This document shows positions 40,299 to 49,126 of a stretch of 64,000 nt of DNA, piece after piece. Within the stretch, counting starts at the first letter, position 1. Each line of letters opens with the position of its first letter. The notes beneath the pieces are model-generated. The model searched no databases. It saw only the letters and a list, made by a program, of their open reading frames with translations, and was not told the origin of the DNA. The stretch is from an uncultured Lachnospiraceae bacterium. GTDB lineage: Bacteria; Bacillota; Clostridia; Lachnospirales; Lachnospiraceae. The stretch is taken from contig CAMNSD010000017.1 in NCBI GenBank assembly GCA_946554445.1, forward strand, positions 20,615 through 84,614. The letters run 5' to 3'. The position numbers and the translations under genes are program-made.

Positions 40299-40615
40299 GG
40301 TGGAAAAGTCAGCGGAAGTGATTGACTTTTTCTGTCAAGAGGGTTTAGGCAGTTGACCAGTTTGGAACAGGATACGACAGGAAACGTAAACGTTTTCGCT
40401 CAAAAAATAAAAAGTTCGACATTTGTCTGTTAGAAAATACCGCAAATGACATCCAGATTTTGACAAAAAGATAGGGGAGTCATCAGGTTATGACAACGTT
40501 GTCAATGTGGATAACTTTGTGGAAATTGGGGATTTCTTTGCCATATTGAATCTTTTTTTCAAAAATTATGGATGAAAACCTGTGGAAAAGTCGACACACG
40601 GATTTCAGTGTATAA
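40299..40615 (+). promoter_or_regulatory. Cluster of co-oriented DnaA-box-like 9-mers
   Basis: TGTGGATAA (40506, perfect), TGTGGAAAA (40581), AGTGTATAA (40607), and 2-mismatch boxes at 40299, 40518, 40567. Confidence 0.6.
40491..40504. promoter_or_regulatory. Perfect palindrome matching the cre/LacI-type operator consensus
   Basis: TGACAACGTTGTCA fits TGWNANCGNTNWCA. Confidence 0.55.
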
Positions 40616-40754
40616 AAAAGAAACCGAATTGGTCAATATTCTGACATACGATGTCAGAAAGGGAAGGTTTGACGTGAGATAGAAGATGGTGGTATACTGA
40701 TTGAGGCAAACTACAAGATATTGTGTTTTTTGTTATGCGAAAGGAGACAAGATT

Positions 40755-42065
40755 ATGTGGGCATTTGAAAGTGTATTCTATCAGATATATCCTTTGGGAT
40801 TTTGCGGAGCGCCTTTTGAGAACGATGGACAGTTGGAGCATCGGATCTTAAAGGTAAACGACTGGATTCCTCATATGAAGAAACTGGGCGTCAATGCAGT
40901 CTATTTTTCCCCGGTGTTTGAGTCGGATACTCATGGGTATAATACGAGGGACTACCATACCATCGACTGCAGACTGGGTACGAATGAAGATTTCAAGGAA
41001 GTGTGTAAGAATCTTCATGACAATGGTATTAAAGTGGTGTTGGACGGTGTGTTCAATCATGTGGGCAGAGGATTCTGGGCATTTCAGGATGTCCTGAAGA
41101 ACAGGGAGAACTCCCCTTACCTGAGTTGGTTCCATATTAACCTGGGTGGCAATTCCAACTATAATGATGGCCTGTGGTATGAGGGCTGGGAAGGTAATTA
41201 TGATCTGGTGAAGTTAAACCTGCGCCATGGGGATGTGATCAATCATATCCTGGACAGTGTCAAAGGCTGGGTGGATGAGTTTGATATTGATGGTCTGAGG
41301 CTGGATGTGGCCTACTGTCTGGACCATGATTTTGTGAGACAGTTAAGGAGTTTTACAGAAGGGTTGAAGCCGGAATTTTATTTGCTGGGAGAGATGCTTC
41401 ATGGCGATTACAATCAGATGGTCAATGACCAGATGTTGCATTCAGCTACCAATTATGAGTGTTATAAGGGGTTGTATTCCAGTTTTAACAGTATGAATAT
41501 GTTCGAGATCAACCACTCCCTCTTAAGACAGTTTGGCCCGGAAAATTGGTGTTTGTATCGTGGCAAGCATATGCTCTCCTTTGTGGATAACCATGATGTG
41601 AGCCGGATTGCCAGCAATCTTACCAATGAGAAACATTTGCCGCTGATTTATGCGCTGTGTTTCGGTATGCCGGGAATCCCCTGTGTGTATTATGGCAGTG
41701 AGTGGGGGGCCAAAGCCAATAAGAGCGAGGGGGATCCTGCGCTCCGGGCTTGCTTTGAAGAGCCCCAGTGGAATGAACTGAGCGAGTGGATCAGCAGGCT
41801 CGCAGAGGCGAAGAAAGAATCGAAAGCCCTCAATTACGGCGCTTTTAAGTCTGTGGTACTGACGAACAAGCAGTGTATTTTCGAGCGCAAGTGTGAGGAG
41901 GAGAGAGTGCTGGTGGCGATCAATGCGGACGGAGAGGACTATACGGCGCATTTTGATGCAGGATGCGGCCTGGCGGTGGATCTGATCAGTGGCGAGGAAC
42001 ATGACTTCGGCGGCGGCAGTCTTCTGCCTGCTTACAGTGCATATTTCTGGAAGATGGAAAAATAA
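40755..42065 (+). CDS. GH13 alpha-amylase family protein (cyclomaltodextrinase/neopullulanase-like)
   Basis: LDGVFNH, GLRLDVA, LLGEM, FVDNHD conserved regions; no signal peptide. Confidence 0.93.
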   Translation: MWAFESVFYQIYPLGFCGAPFENDGQLEHRILKVNDWIPHMKKLGVNAVYFSPVFESDTHGYNTRDYHTIDCRLGTNEDFKEVCKNLHDNGIKVVLDGVFNHVGRGFWAFQDVLKNRENSPYLSWFHINLGGNSNYNDGLWYEGWEGNYDLVKLNLRHGDVINHILDSVKGWVDEFDIDGLRLDVAYCLDHDFVRQLRSFTEGLKPEFYLLGEMLHGDYNQMVNDQMLHSATNYECYKGLYSSFNSMNMFEINHSLLRQFGPENWCLYRGKHMLSFVDNHDVSRIASNLTNEKHLPLIYALCFGMPGIPCVYYGSEWGAKANKSEGDPALRACFEEPQWNELSEWISRLAEAKKESKALNYGAFKSVVLTNKQCIFERKCEEERVLVAINADGEDYTAHFDAGCGLAVDLISGEEHDFGGGSLLPAYSAYFWKMEK

Positions 42066-42078
42066 GAGGTGAGGGGTT

Positions 42079-43341
42079 GTGAACTGGAATTGTTGTTGTT
42101 CCGGAAAGCGAAATTCAGCATTGGCAGTATTGACAGCAGCTTTATTTGTGGCAGGGCTTCTGACAGCGTGCGGACAGGAGAAAGAGCCGGAACAGGAAAG
42201 AAAAGATGTGGTTGACCAGATTGATCAACAAGGGCAGAGCATTGAGGATAGTGACTATCGAGAGGAGCAGTCCGATGCAGGAAGGCAGGATACAGACCTT
42301 GAGTCGGACAGTGGAGAGTCTTCCCAGGAAGATTTGGATCGGATCAGGGAGCAGTTTGGTGAGAACTGTATTGTAGAACAGACTTTTGAGGTGGAACTGA
42401 GTGAATATCCGGAACCGGTGTGGTTTGTTCCTAAGTCACCGTCACAGACCGGACAGGGGCTGGAAATTGAAATTATGAAAAACGGTGAAGTTCTGACAGA
42501 ATTTGATGCCTATGTGCCGGATACGCTGGCAGGTGAGAACTTTACCAGTCTGGATGCTGTATCTTTTTATGATGTGAATTTTGACAACCGTACGGATATT
42601 GTACTGATTGAGACCTATGGAAACAGCAGTTTTGCGGCAGTCTATTGTGGCGTTGGAGAGGCCGGGACGGATGGACCCAGATATTTTGTACTGTATAAGG
42701 CCTTATCAGAGGCGTTGTCTGAACAAGTCAATCCTTTGACAGTCACAGAAATCCGTAACTTCATAAGCGGCGGTAAGAGGAATGGTGAATTTGACAGCTA
42801 TCAGGAGGCTTATGAGGCTGTGGCAAGGCTCCGTGATATGGAGACAGAAGAAGAGATTTATGACATGGCCTATGACCTGATCTATGTGGATGAGGATGAT
42901 ATCCCGGAACTGGTGGTCTGTCATCAGGGGTATTCGGTCAGCCTGTATACCTATTGGGAGGGCGTTGTTTATGCGCTGATGGATGACTGGGGATACGGGG
43001 CGATGGGGAACGCAGGTTATGCTTATGTGCCCCGCCGGAATAATATAGTCAATGATAATAGTGACTATGCCGGTGCGATTTTGTACACGACCTATATGGC
43101 GGTCAGTAATCATCAGTCAGTGGATGTGGTGGCATGCATAGAGACTTATAATTTTGACGATGTGAACCAGAACGGTTATCCGGATGAGGAGGAACTGGAT
43201 TCTCTGGGAATGTATGGAGTCAGTTATATTGACGGGGTGGAGATTACCGCAGAGGAGGCAGCTTCCTACAAGGTGGGAGATTATGAGTGGATTGAAGGCA
43301 GCATGACGTTTGCAGAACTTTTGGAAGTCCTTGGCAGATAA
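42079..43341 (+). CDS. Acidic hypothetical lipoprotein
   Basis: Lipobox LLTAC; DVNFDNRTD, VDEDDIPE and DVNQNGYPD motifs resembling Ca-binding loops. Confidence 0.75.
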   Translation: MNWNCCCSGKRNSALAVLTAALFVAGLLTACGQEKEPEQERKDVVDQIDQQGQSIEDSDYREEQSDAGRQDTDLESDSGESSQEDLDRIREQFGENCIVEQTFEVELSEYPEPVWFVPKSPSQTGQGLEIEIMKNGEVLTEFDAYVPDTLAGENFTSLDAVSFYDVNFDNRTDIVLIETYGNSSFAAVYCGVGEAGTDGPRYFVLYKALSEALSEQVNPLTVTEIRNFISGGKRNGEFDSYQEAYEAVARLRDMETEEEIYDMAYDLIYVDEDDIPELVVCHQGYSVSLYTYWEGVVYALMDDWGYGAMGNAGYAYVPRRNNIVNDNSDYAGAILYTTYMAVSNHQSVDVVACIETYNFDDVNQNGYPDEEELDSLGMYGVSYIDGVEITAEEAASYKVGDYEWIEGSMTFAELLEVLGR

Positions 43342-43359
43342 AGGCCAGAAAAAATTCCG

Positions 43360-43388
43360 TTGACAACCGGAAGCGCATGTATTAAGAT
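43360..43388 (+). promoter_or_regulatory. Sigma-A promoter for leader ORF and ABC exporter
   Basis: TTGACA-17 nt-TAAGAT. Confidence 0.75.
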
Positions 43389-43428
43389 AGCAACAGTATC
43401 ATGAAAATCACGAAAGGAGGTAAGTTTT

Positions 43429-43542
43429 ATGTTTAAGATGAATTTAGATCGGAATGGCAGTACCATAACAAAATCAAACAGGAACATATTACGTGAAATT
43501 ACCTCCGTGGACAGAAGATCTGGTCGGGATATGACAAGATGA
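43429..43542 (+). CDS. Putative 37-aa leader peptide (absent from the supplied ORF track)
   Basis: AAAGGAGGT RBS then MFKMNLDRNGSTITKSNRNILREITSVDRRSGRDMTR*. Confidence 0.65.
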   Translation: MFKMNLDRNGSTITKSNRNILREITSVDRRSGRDMTR

Positions 43543-43574
43543 CTTGACAGGTCAATATATGTGCAGGATTTACA

Positions 43575-43606
43575 GGGCTATGGTAATTTTACCATAGCCC
43601 ATTTTT
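43575..43606 (+). terminator. Intrinsic terminator/attenuator between leader ORF and ABC genes
   Basis: Perfect 11-bp stem gggctatggta / taccatagccc plus attttt. Confidence 0.8.
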
Positions 43607-43681
43607 GCGCGCATCGGCAGACGAAGTCTTACGAGTCTGCTGATGTTAGGGAAAAGAAGAGACGGAGGGGAGCAAAATATT

Positions 43682-45568
43682 ATGAAAAAAATATCAAGTT
43701 ACATATGGGATTATAAATTTACCTATTTAGGGGCAATCGCATCGCTCCTGATTGCGGTAACCCTCGATATGCTGGCGCCGCGGCTGACGGCCAAAGTGGT
43801 GGACGACGTGATCGTGGGCGGCAATATGGGAGAACTGAAATTCCTGCTTCTGGGATTTCTGGGGATTGGGCTTGGACGGTGTATCTTTCAGTATTTGAAG
43901 GAATACACTTTCGACAAGAACGGTGCCCGGATTTCGGGCGATATGCGGCGGGATCTCTTCCGACATATTCAGTCCTTAAGTGCGGACTTTTTTGACCGGA
44001 CGAATACTGGAGAACTGATGGCCAGAGTGAAAGAGGACATCGACCATATCTGGGATGCAGTGGGATATGTGGGGATGCTTCTGATCGAGGTGTTTTATCA
44101 TACGGGAATCATTCTGGTCTGTATGTATATGCTTAATTGGAAGCTGGCATTGATTCCTACGGCGGCCATGCTGTTGTGTGGTTCCATCGCTGTTATCATG
44201 GAGCGGAAGCTTGGGGGCGTTTATGAGGAAATCAGCGAGGAGAATGCGGCCCTGAATACAGTGGCGGAGGAAAATCTGGCGGGTGTGCGCACGGTGAAGG
44301 CTTTTGCCAGGGAAGGGTTTGAGATTGATAAGTTCCTCTCCCACAACAAGCGATACTACGATTTAAATATGGCGCAGTCGAAGGTGTTTGTCCGCTATTA
44401 TCCGTTTTTTACTGTGGTATCGAAAGTGCTGCCGTTATTGACTATATTGGTCGGCGGAAAGTTTGTGATAAATGGAGAGATGTCTCTGGGGCAGATGACT
44501 GCGTTTGTGGAGTATTCCATGAACATTGTCTGGCCTATGGAGATGTTGGGGTGGCTGACTAACAGCTTTTCTTCGGCGGTAGCTTCCAATAAGAAGATTA
44601 AGAAAATATATGAGGAAAAACCGACCGTCAAAGAAGTGACTGATCCGGTCAGAATAGAAAAGGTACAGGGTAAGATCTGCTTTGACCATGTTTCCTTTCA
44701 CAAGGCGGACCAACATGAGATTCTGCATGATATCTCCTTTACGGTGGAAGCCGGTAAGACGCTCGGTATTATGGGTACTACAGGCGCGGGTAAGACTTCC
44801 ATCATCCAGCTGCTTCAACGTATGTATGATGCCACGGACGGCACAATTTACCTGGATGATGTGGATATCAGGCAACTGTCCCTGGAGCAGCTTCGTACCA
44901 GCGTGAGTTATGTGATGCAGGATGTGTTCCTGTTTTCGGATACCATCAATGAGAATATTAAGTTAGGAAAGAGATACTATCTGGATTTTCGGACCGTGCG
45001 AAAGGCGTCCACAGATGCCCAGGCAAGCGAGTTCATTGAGCGTATGGAAGAACAGTATGACACCGTCATCGGTGAGCGGGGCGTAGGGCTCTCCGGCGGA
45101 CAGAAACAGCGGATCAGCATTGCCAGGGCTTTGGCCAAGCGCGATCCGATTCTGGTGTTGGATGATTCCACATCCGCCCTGGATATGGAAACAGAACAGA
45201 TGATTCAGCAGACATTGCGGACGCTGGACAATACTACCAAGATTATCATTGCCCACAGGATTAGTGCGGTACGGCATGCGGATGAAATCCTGGTGCTGGA
45301 AGGCGGCAGCATCGCCGAGAGAGGCACCCACGAGGAACTGCTGGCAAAGAAGGGATTGTATTATGAGACTTATGAATCACAGTATGGGGCAGTTTCCGGG
45401 AAGGAGCCGGTGATAAATGAGCCGGAAAATCGAGCCGGACAATCTATGATTTCCGTGGAAGAACGCGTTGACTATATTAGTCAAAAAGAAAGAACAAGAA
45501 AAGAGAGAGAAGAGGCAGACAATCGACTGTCTCAGGAAGGAGGATGTAATGGCCTTCAATTCGTATAA
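43682..45568 (+). CDS. ABC exporter subunit (TMD-NBD), degenerate Walker B
   Basis: Six TMs, GTTGAGKT, LSGGQKQR, LVLDDS (Asp for catalytic Glu), IAHR; start reassigned to MKKISS. Confidence 0.93.
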   Translation: MKKISSYIWDYKFTYLGAIASLLIAVTLDMLAPRLTAKVVDDVIVGGNMGELKFLLLGFLGIGLGRCIFQYLKEYTFDKNGARISGDMRRDLFRHIQSLSADFFDRTNTGELMARVKEDIDHIWDAVGYVGMLLIEVFYHTGIILVCMYMLNWKLALIPTAAMLLCGSIAVIMERKLGGVYEEISEENAALNTVAEENLAGVRTVKAFAREGFEIDKFLSHNKRYYDLNMAQSKVFVRYYPFFTVVSKVLPLLTILVGGKFVINGEMSLGQMTAFVEYSMNIVWPMEMLGWLTNSFSSAVASNKKIKKIYEEKPTVKEVTDPVRIEKVQGKICFDHVSFHKADQHEILHDISFTVEAGKTLGIMGTTGAGKTSIIQLLQRMYDATDGTIYLDDVDIRQLSLEQLRTSVSYVMQDVFLFSDTINENIKLGKRYYLDFRTVRKASTDAQASEFIERMEEQYDTVIGERGVGLSGGQKQRISIARALAKRDPILVLDDSTSALDMETEQMIQQTLRTLDNTTKIIIAHRISAVRHADEILVLEGGSIAERGTHEELLAKKGLYYETYESQYGAVSGKEPVINEPENRAGQSMISVEERVDYISQKERTRKEREEADNRLSQEGGCNGLQFV

Positions 45569-47324
45569 AGATGATGAACGCAGCGTAGAGAGAAGTAAAA
45601 TACAGACTTTGAAGCGGCTCTTCAGTTATCTGTTTGCCTATAAGTGGCAGATTGTTTTGGTACTCATAATCATGGGATATGGGGTGGCTGTGAGCTTGAT
45701 CAATCCTCTGATTATGGAATCGGCAATAGATGACCATATTGGTCAACATGACCTGAAAGGGCTTTATCGGCTGTTGGTGATTGCACTTGTAATCAATCTG
45801 GTGTTGGTGGCCACGGTAAAGCTGCGCATGTATATTATGGCAAAGGTCTGCAACCAGATTCTTTTGACCATTCGGCAGGAATTGTACACCCATATCCAGA
45901 AACTGGATTTTCATTTTTTTGACAGCCGGCCAACGGGCAAGATTCTTTCTCGGATTATCGGGGATATCAATTCCTTGAAGGATGTGTTGTCCAATTGTGT
46001 GACCACCTTAATTCCGGATGGACTTACCGTGATTGCTGTGATTGTGATTATGATTTGCAAAAATCCCAAACTGGCTTTGGCTTCGCTGCTGACTTTACCG
46101 TTTATGGCTGTGGCGACGTGCTATATTGAAATCAAGGCTCATCCGCGCTGGCAGACCTTTCGCAAGAAGTCGGCTAATTTGAATGCCTTTATCCATGAGG
46201 ATATGGCAGGAATGCGGATTATCCAGAGCTTCCATGCACAAGGGGAGACGGAGGATACTTTTGACGAACTGCTCACAGAACATAGGCAGTCTTTCTTTGA
46301 GGCGGTGCGGCTGAGTGATGCCTTTGGCTCCGTAATCGATTTTTCCTGGGGAATCGGTTGTATTCTCCTGTATTTTACCGGGATTGTGATTCTGGGTGTG
46401 GATCAGGTATCGGTAGGCGTTTTTATTGCCTTTGCCAGTTATCTGAATATGTTCTGGCAGCCGATCCATAACATCAGTAACTTTTATAATCAGCTGGTGA
46501 CGAACATTGCGGGGGCAGAACGTATTTTTGAGATTCTGGATACGCCGTCGGCCATTGCAGATGCGGAGGAAGTTACACAGATGCCGGAGATTGTGGGGGA
46601 AGTGACCTTTTCCCATGTGGATTTTTCTTACGATGATAAGGTCAAAGTGTTGGATGACGTGAGTTTTGCAATCAAACCGGGAGAGACCATCGCTTTGGTG
46701 GGGCCCACGGGTGCCGGCAAATCCACGATCGTTAATCTCATCAGCCGTTTCTATGATGTGCAGGGAGGCACCGTGAAGATTGACGGGCATGATGTGAAAC
46801 AGGTTTCCATCGAGAGTCTGCGCCGGCAGATGGGTATTATGACGCAGGATAACTTTTTATTCTCTGGGACTATCCGGGACAATATCCGCTATGGCAGACT
46901 GGATGCCGCGGATGAGGAGATTGTGGCGGCGGCCAAAGCGGTCAATGCCCATGAATTTATCATGAAATTGGAGAAAGGGTATGATACGGAGCTATCAGAA
47001 CGCGGCGGCGGTCTGTCCGTAGGACAGAAGCAGCTTCTGGCGTTTGCCCGGACGATGGTTTCCAACCCGAAGATTCTGATTCTGGATGAAGCGACATCCA
47101 GCATCGATACGAAGACGGAACTGCTGGTACAGGACGGTATCGAAAATCTTCTGGCAGGCAGAACCTCCTTCGTCATCGCCCACAGACTGTCTACCATCCA
47201 AAAGGCCGACCGCATCTTCGTGGTAGACGACGGCAGGATCGTCGAAGAAGGCAACGCCGCCCAGCTAATGGAACAAAAAGGCGCATACTATCAACTCTAT
47301 ATGGCACAATTTAGCGCTTTCTAA
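45549..47324 (+). CDS. ABC exporter subunit (TMD-NBD), consensus Walker B
   Basis: GPTGAGKS, LSVGQKQL, ILDEA, IAHRLST; start reassigned to MAFNSY. Confidence 0.95.
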   Translation: MAFNSYKDDERSVERSKIQTLKRLFSYLFAYKWQIVLVLIIMGYGVAVSLINPLIMESAIDDHIGQHDLKGLYRLLVIALVINLVLVATVKLRMYIMAKVCNQILLTIRQELYTHIQKLDFHFFDSRPTGKILSRIIGDINSLKDVLSNCVTTLIPDGLTVIAVIVIMICKNPKLALASLLTLPFMAVATCYIEIKAHPRWQTFRKKSANLNAFIHEDMAGMRIIQSFHAQGETEDTFDELLTEHRQSFFEAVRLSDAFGSVIDFSWGIGCILLYFTGIVILGVDQVSVGVFIAFASYLNMFWQPIHNISNFYNQLVTNIAGAERIFEILDTPSAIADAEEVTQMPEIVGEVTFSHVDFSYDDKVKVLDDVSFAIKPGETIALVGPTGAGKSTIVNLISRFYDVQGGTVKIDGHDVKQVSIESLRRQMGIMTQDNFLFSGTIRDNIRYGRLDAADEEIVAAAKAVNAHEFIMKLEKGYDTELSERGGGLSVGQKQLLAFARTMVSNPKILILDEATSSIDTKTELLVQDGIENLLAGRTSFVIAHRLSTIQKADRIFVVDDGRIVEEGNAAQLMEQKGAYYQLYMAQFSAF

Positions 47325-47373
47325 AGAAAAACAAGCGCCGCAAAGCGGCATTTGTTTTTCTGAAAGCGCTAAC

Positions 47374-47564
47374 GAGCAAACGTCCGATGGAATCGGACAG
47401 AAAGCGCCGCAGGCGCGGGTTTGCGAGTTGATCCGTCCAAGACGGAGGAGCAAACGTCCGATGGAATCGGACAGAAAGCGCCGCAGGCGCGAGTTTGCGA
47501 GTTGATCCGTCAAGGACGGAAGAGCAAACGTCCGATGAAATCGGACAGAAAGCGCCGCAGGCGC
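47374..47564. repeat. Tandem array of 74-bp palindrome-rich units (about 2.6 copies)
   Basis: Units start at 47374, 47448, 47522; each has gtccgat/atcggac, gcgcc/ggcgc and tccgtc/gacgga stems. Confidence 0.95.
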
Positions 47565-47637
47565 AAACTATTTTTGGATAAGTTGTACAAATAAAACAGA
47601 CAATTTATAACAATATGCCGGTTTTATATAAAATATA

Positions 47638-47665
47638 TTGACAATTATACATACTACCTTATAAT
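47638..47665 (+). promoter_or_regulatory. Promoter of second LacI gene
   Basis: TTGACA-16 nt-TATAAT. Confidence 0.7.
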
Positions 47666-47707
47666 TTAGGTGGAGTTACTTAAAAATTAATGAGGTTGTG
47701 AATTAAA

Positions 47708-48751
47708 ATGGCTAAAGCGGTAAAAATGGCGGATATTGCCAAGGTGATGGGAGTCAGCACGGTGACAGTGTCCAAGGCATTGTCAGATCAGAAGGGTGTC
47801 AGCGAGGAACTTCGAGCCAAGATCAAGGAGAAGGCGGAGGAGATGGGCTATAAGACTGTCACCGCACTTTATAGAGAACGTACCGGAGCGAGTGTCAGCT
47901 ATACGTTCGGTGTGATTGTATCGGACCGCTTTCTGGCAAAATATGAGTCTTTTTATTGGAATCTGTATCAGGAAGTAGCGACTGCAGCCCTGCAGAAAGG
48001 GTGTTTTACCATGCTGGAAGTGCTGAAAGCGGAAGATGAGGACAATCTGGTCATGCCCAAACTGCTTCATGAGAAGAAGGCGGAGGGGCTGATTATTATC
48101 GGAAGGCTTAGCAAAGGGTATCTGGATAAGCTGCTGGAGCAGACAAATATTCCCTATGTCCTGTTGGATTTTACAGATGCCAACGGTGTATATGATGCGG
48201 TGATTTCCAACAGTTATTTCGGGATGTACAGGATGACCAATTATCTTTTTGAGATGGGACATCGGGACATTGCTTTTGTGGGAAATGTATTTTTTACGGA
48301 TTCCATAACGGATCGATATTTCGGATACGTGAAGTCTCTAAATGAGCATGGACTGGAAGTGAGAAAAGATTGGATTCTTGATGACAGGAATCAGGAGACG
48401 GGCAGGTCGGATTCGGGATTTGACTGGAAGATGCCAAAGCAAATGCCTACGGCATTTGTCTGCAACAATGATGTGGCGGCGGCCATGTTGGTAAAAGAGT
48501 TGGAACAGAGAGGCTATCAAGTGCCGAAGGATATTTCCGTGGTAGGCTATGACAACTATCAGCCCCCGGGGCTCTGCGATGTCAGGATTACCACCTATGA
48601 AGTGGACATGAAGGAAATGGCTAGGCAGACAATCAAAATCCTGATTCATAAAATTTCGGGGGAGTCCTATAAACAGGGCGTGACGATCATTGACGGCAGG
48701 ATCATCTATAAGGACAGTGTCAGAAAGATGAACCATCGTCAGGAACAATAA
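47708..48751 (+). CDS. LacI family transcriptional regulator
   Basis: HTH MADIAKVMGVSTVTVSKAL; FVCNND, VPKDISVVGYD. Confidence 0.95.
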   Translation: MAKAVKMADIAKVMGVSTVTVSKALSDQKGVSEELRAKIKEKAEEMGYKTVTALYRERTGASVSYTFGVIVSDRFLAKYESFYWNLYQEVATAALQKGCFTMLEVLKAEDEDNLVMPKLLHEKKAEGLIIIGRLSKGYLDKLLEQTNIPYVLLDFTDANGVYDAVISNSYFGMYRMTNYLFEMGHRDIAFVGNVFFTDSITDRYFGYVKSLNEHGLEVRKDWILDDRNQETGRSDSGFDWKMPKQMPTAFVCNNDVAAAMLVKELEQRGYQVPKDISVVGYDNYQPPGLCDVRITTYEVDMKEMARQTIKILIHKISGESYKQGVTIIDGRIIYKDSVRKMNHRQEQ

Positions 48752-48800
48752 CTTTTTTGGTATTTTAATTTACTTGACATATCTTATTAGCCAAGGATTT

Positions 48801-48824
48801 CGGACTCTTCGGAGTCCGTTTTTT
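48801..48824 (+). terminator. Terminator after LacI
   Basis: cggactc-TTCG-gagtccg plus T6. Confidence 0.85.
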
Positions 48825-48902
48825 GGTTATAGTAAAATTGAACAAAAATCAGGCCTGGTTTGGGTAAAGATGCTGTTTTTGTATTTAATCTAATTTAATC
48901 TG

Positions 48903-48930
48903 TTGACATTATAAAAATATACTTTATAAT
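48903..48930 (+). promoter_or_regulatory. Promoter of epimerase-GH130 operon
   Basis: TTGACA-16 nt-TATAAT. Confidence 0.7.
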
Positions 48931-49126
48931 TTAAGTATAAAAGAGTTAATTTTATTCAAATATAAGGCTAATATAAATTAAAAAATGAGAAAAACTTGAT
49001 TGCGAGATTTGCTTCGCAGCTTCGAACCAGCGGAGAACTTTCCTAATACGAAAGCCTGCTTCACGCGTAAGCGGTATGTTAATAATAGAAATTAAACTGA
49101 TGAAAAGGAAGGGGAGTAAACAGATT

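Noticed and set aside
40222-40754. Chromosomal oriC
   Set aside because: No adjacent dnaA, dnaN or rpmH; kept only as a non-origin DnaA-box cluster
47374-47564. CRISPR array or tRNA-like repeats (74-nt units)
   Set aside because: Units are contiguous and near-identical with no unique spacers, no cas genes nearby, and no D-loop, T-loop or CCA features
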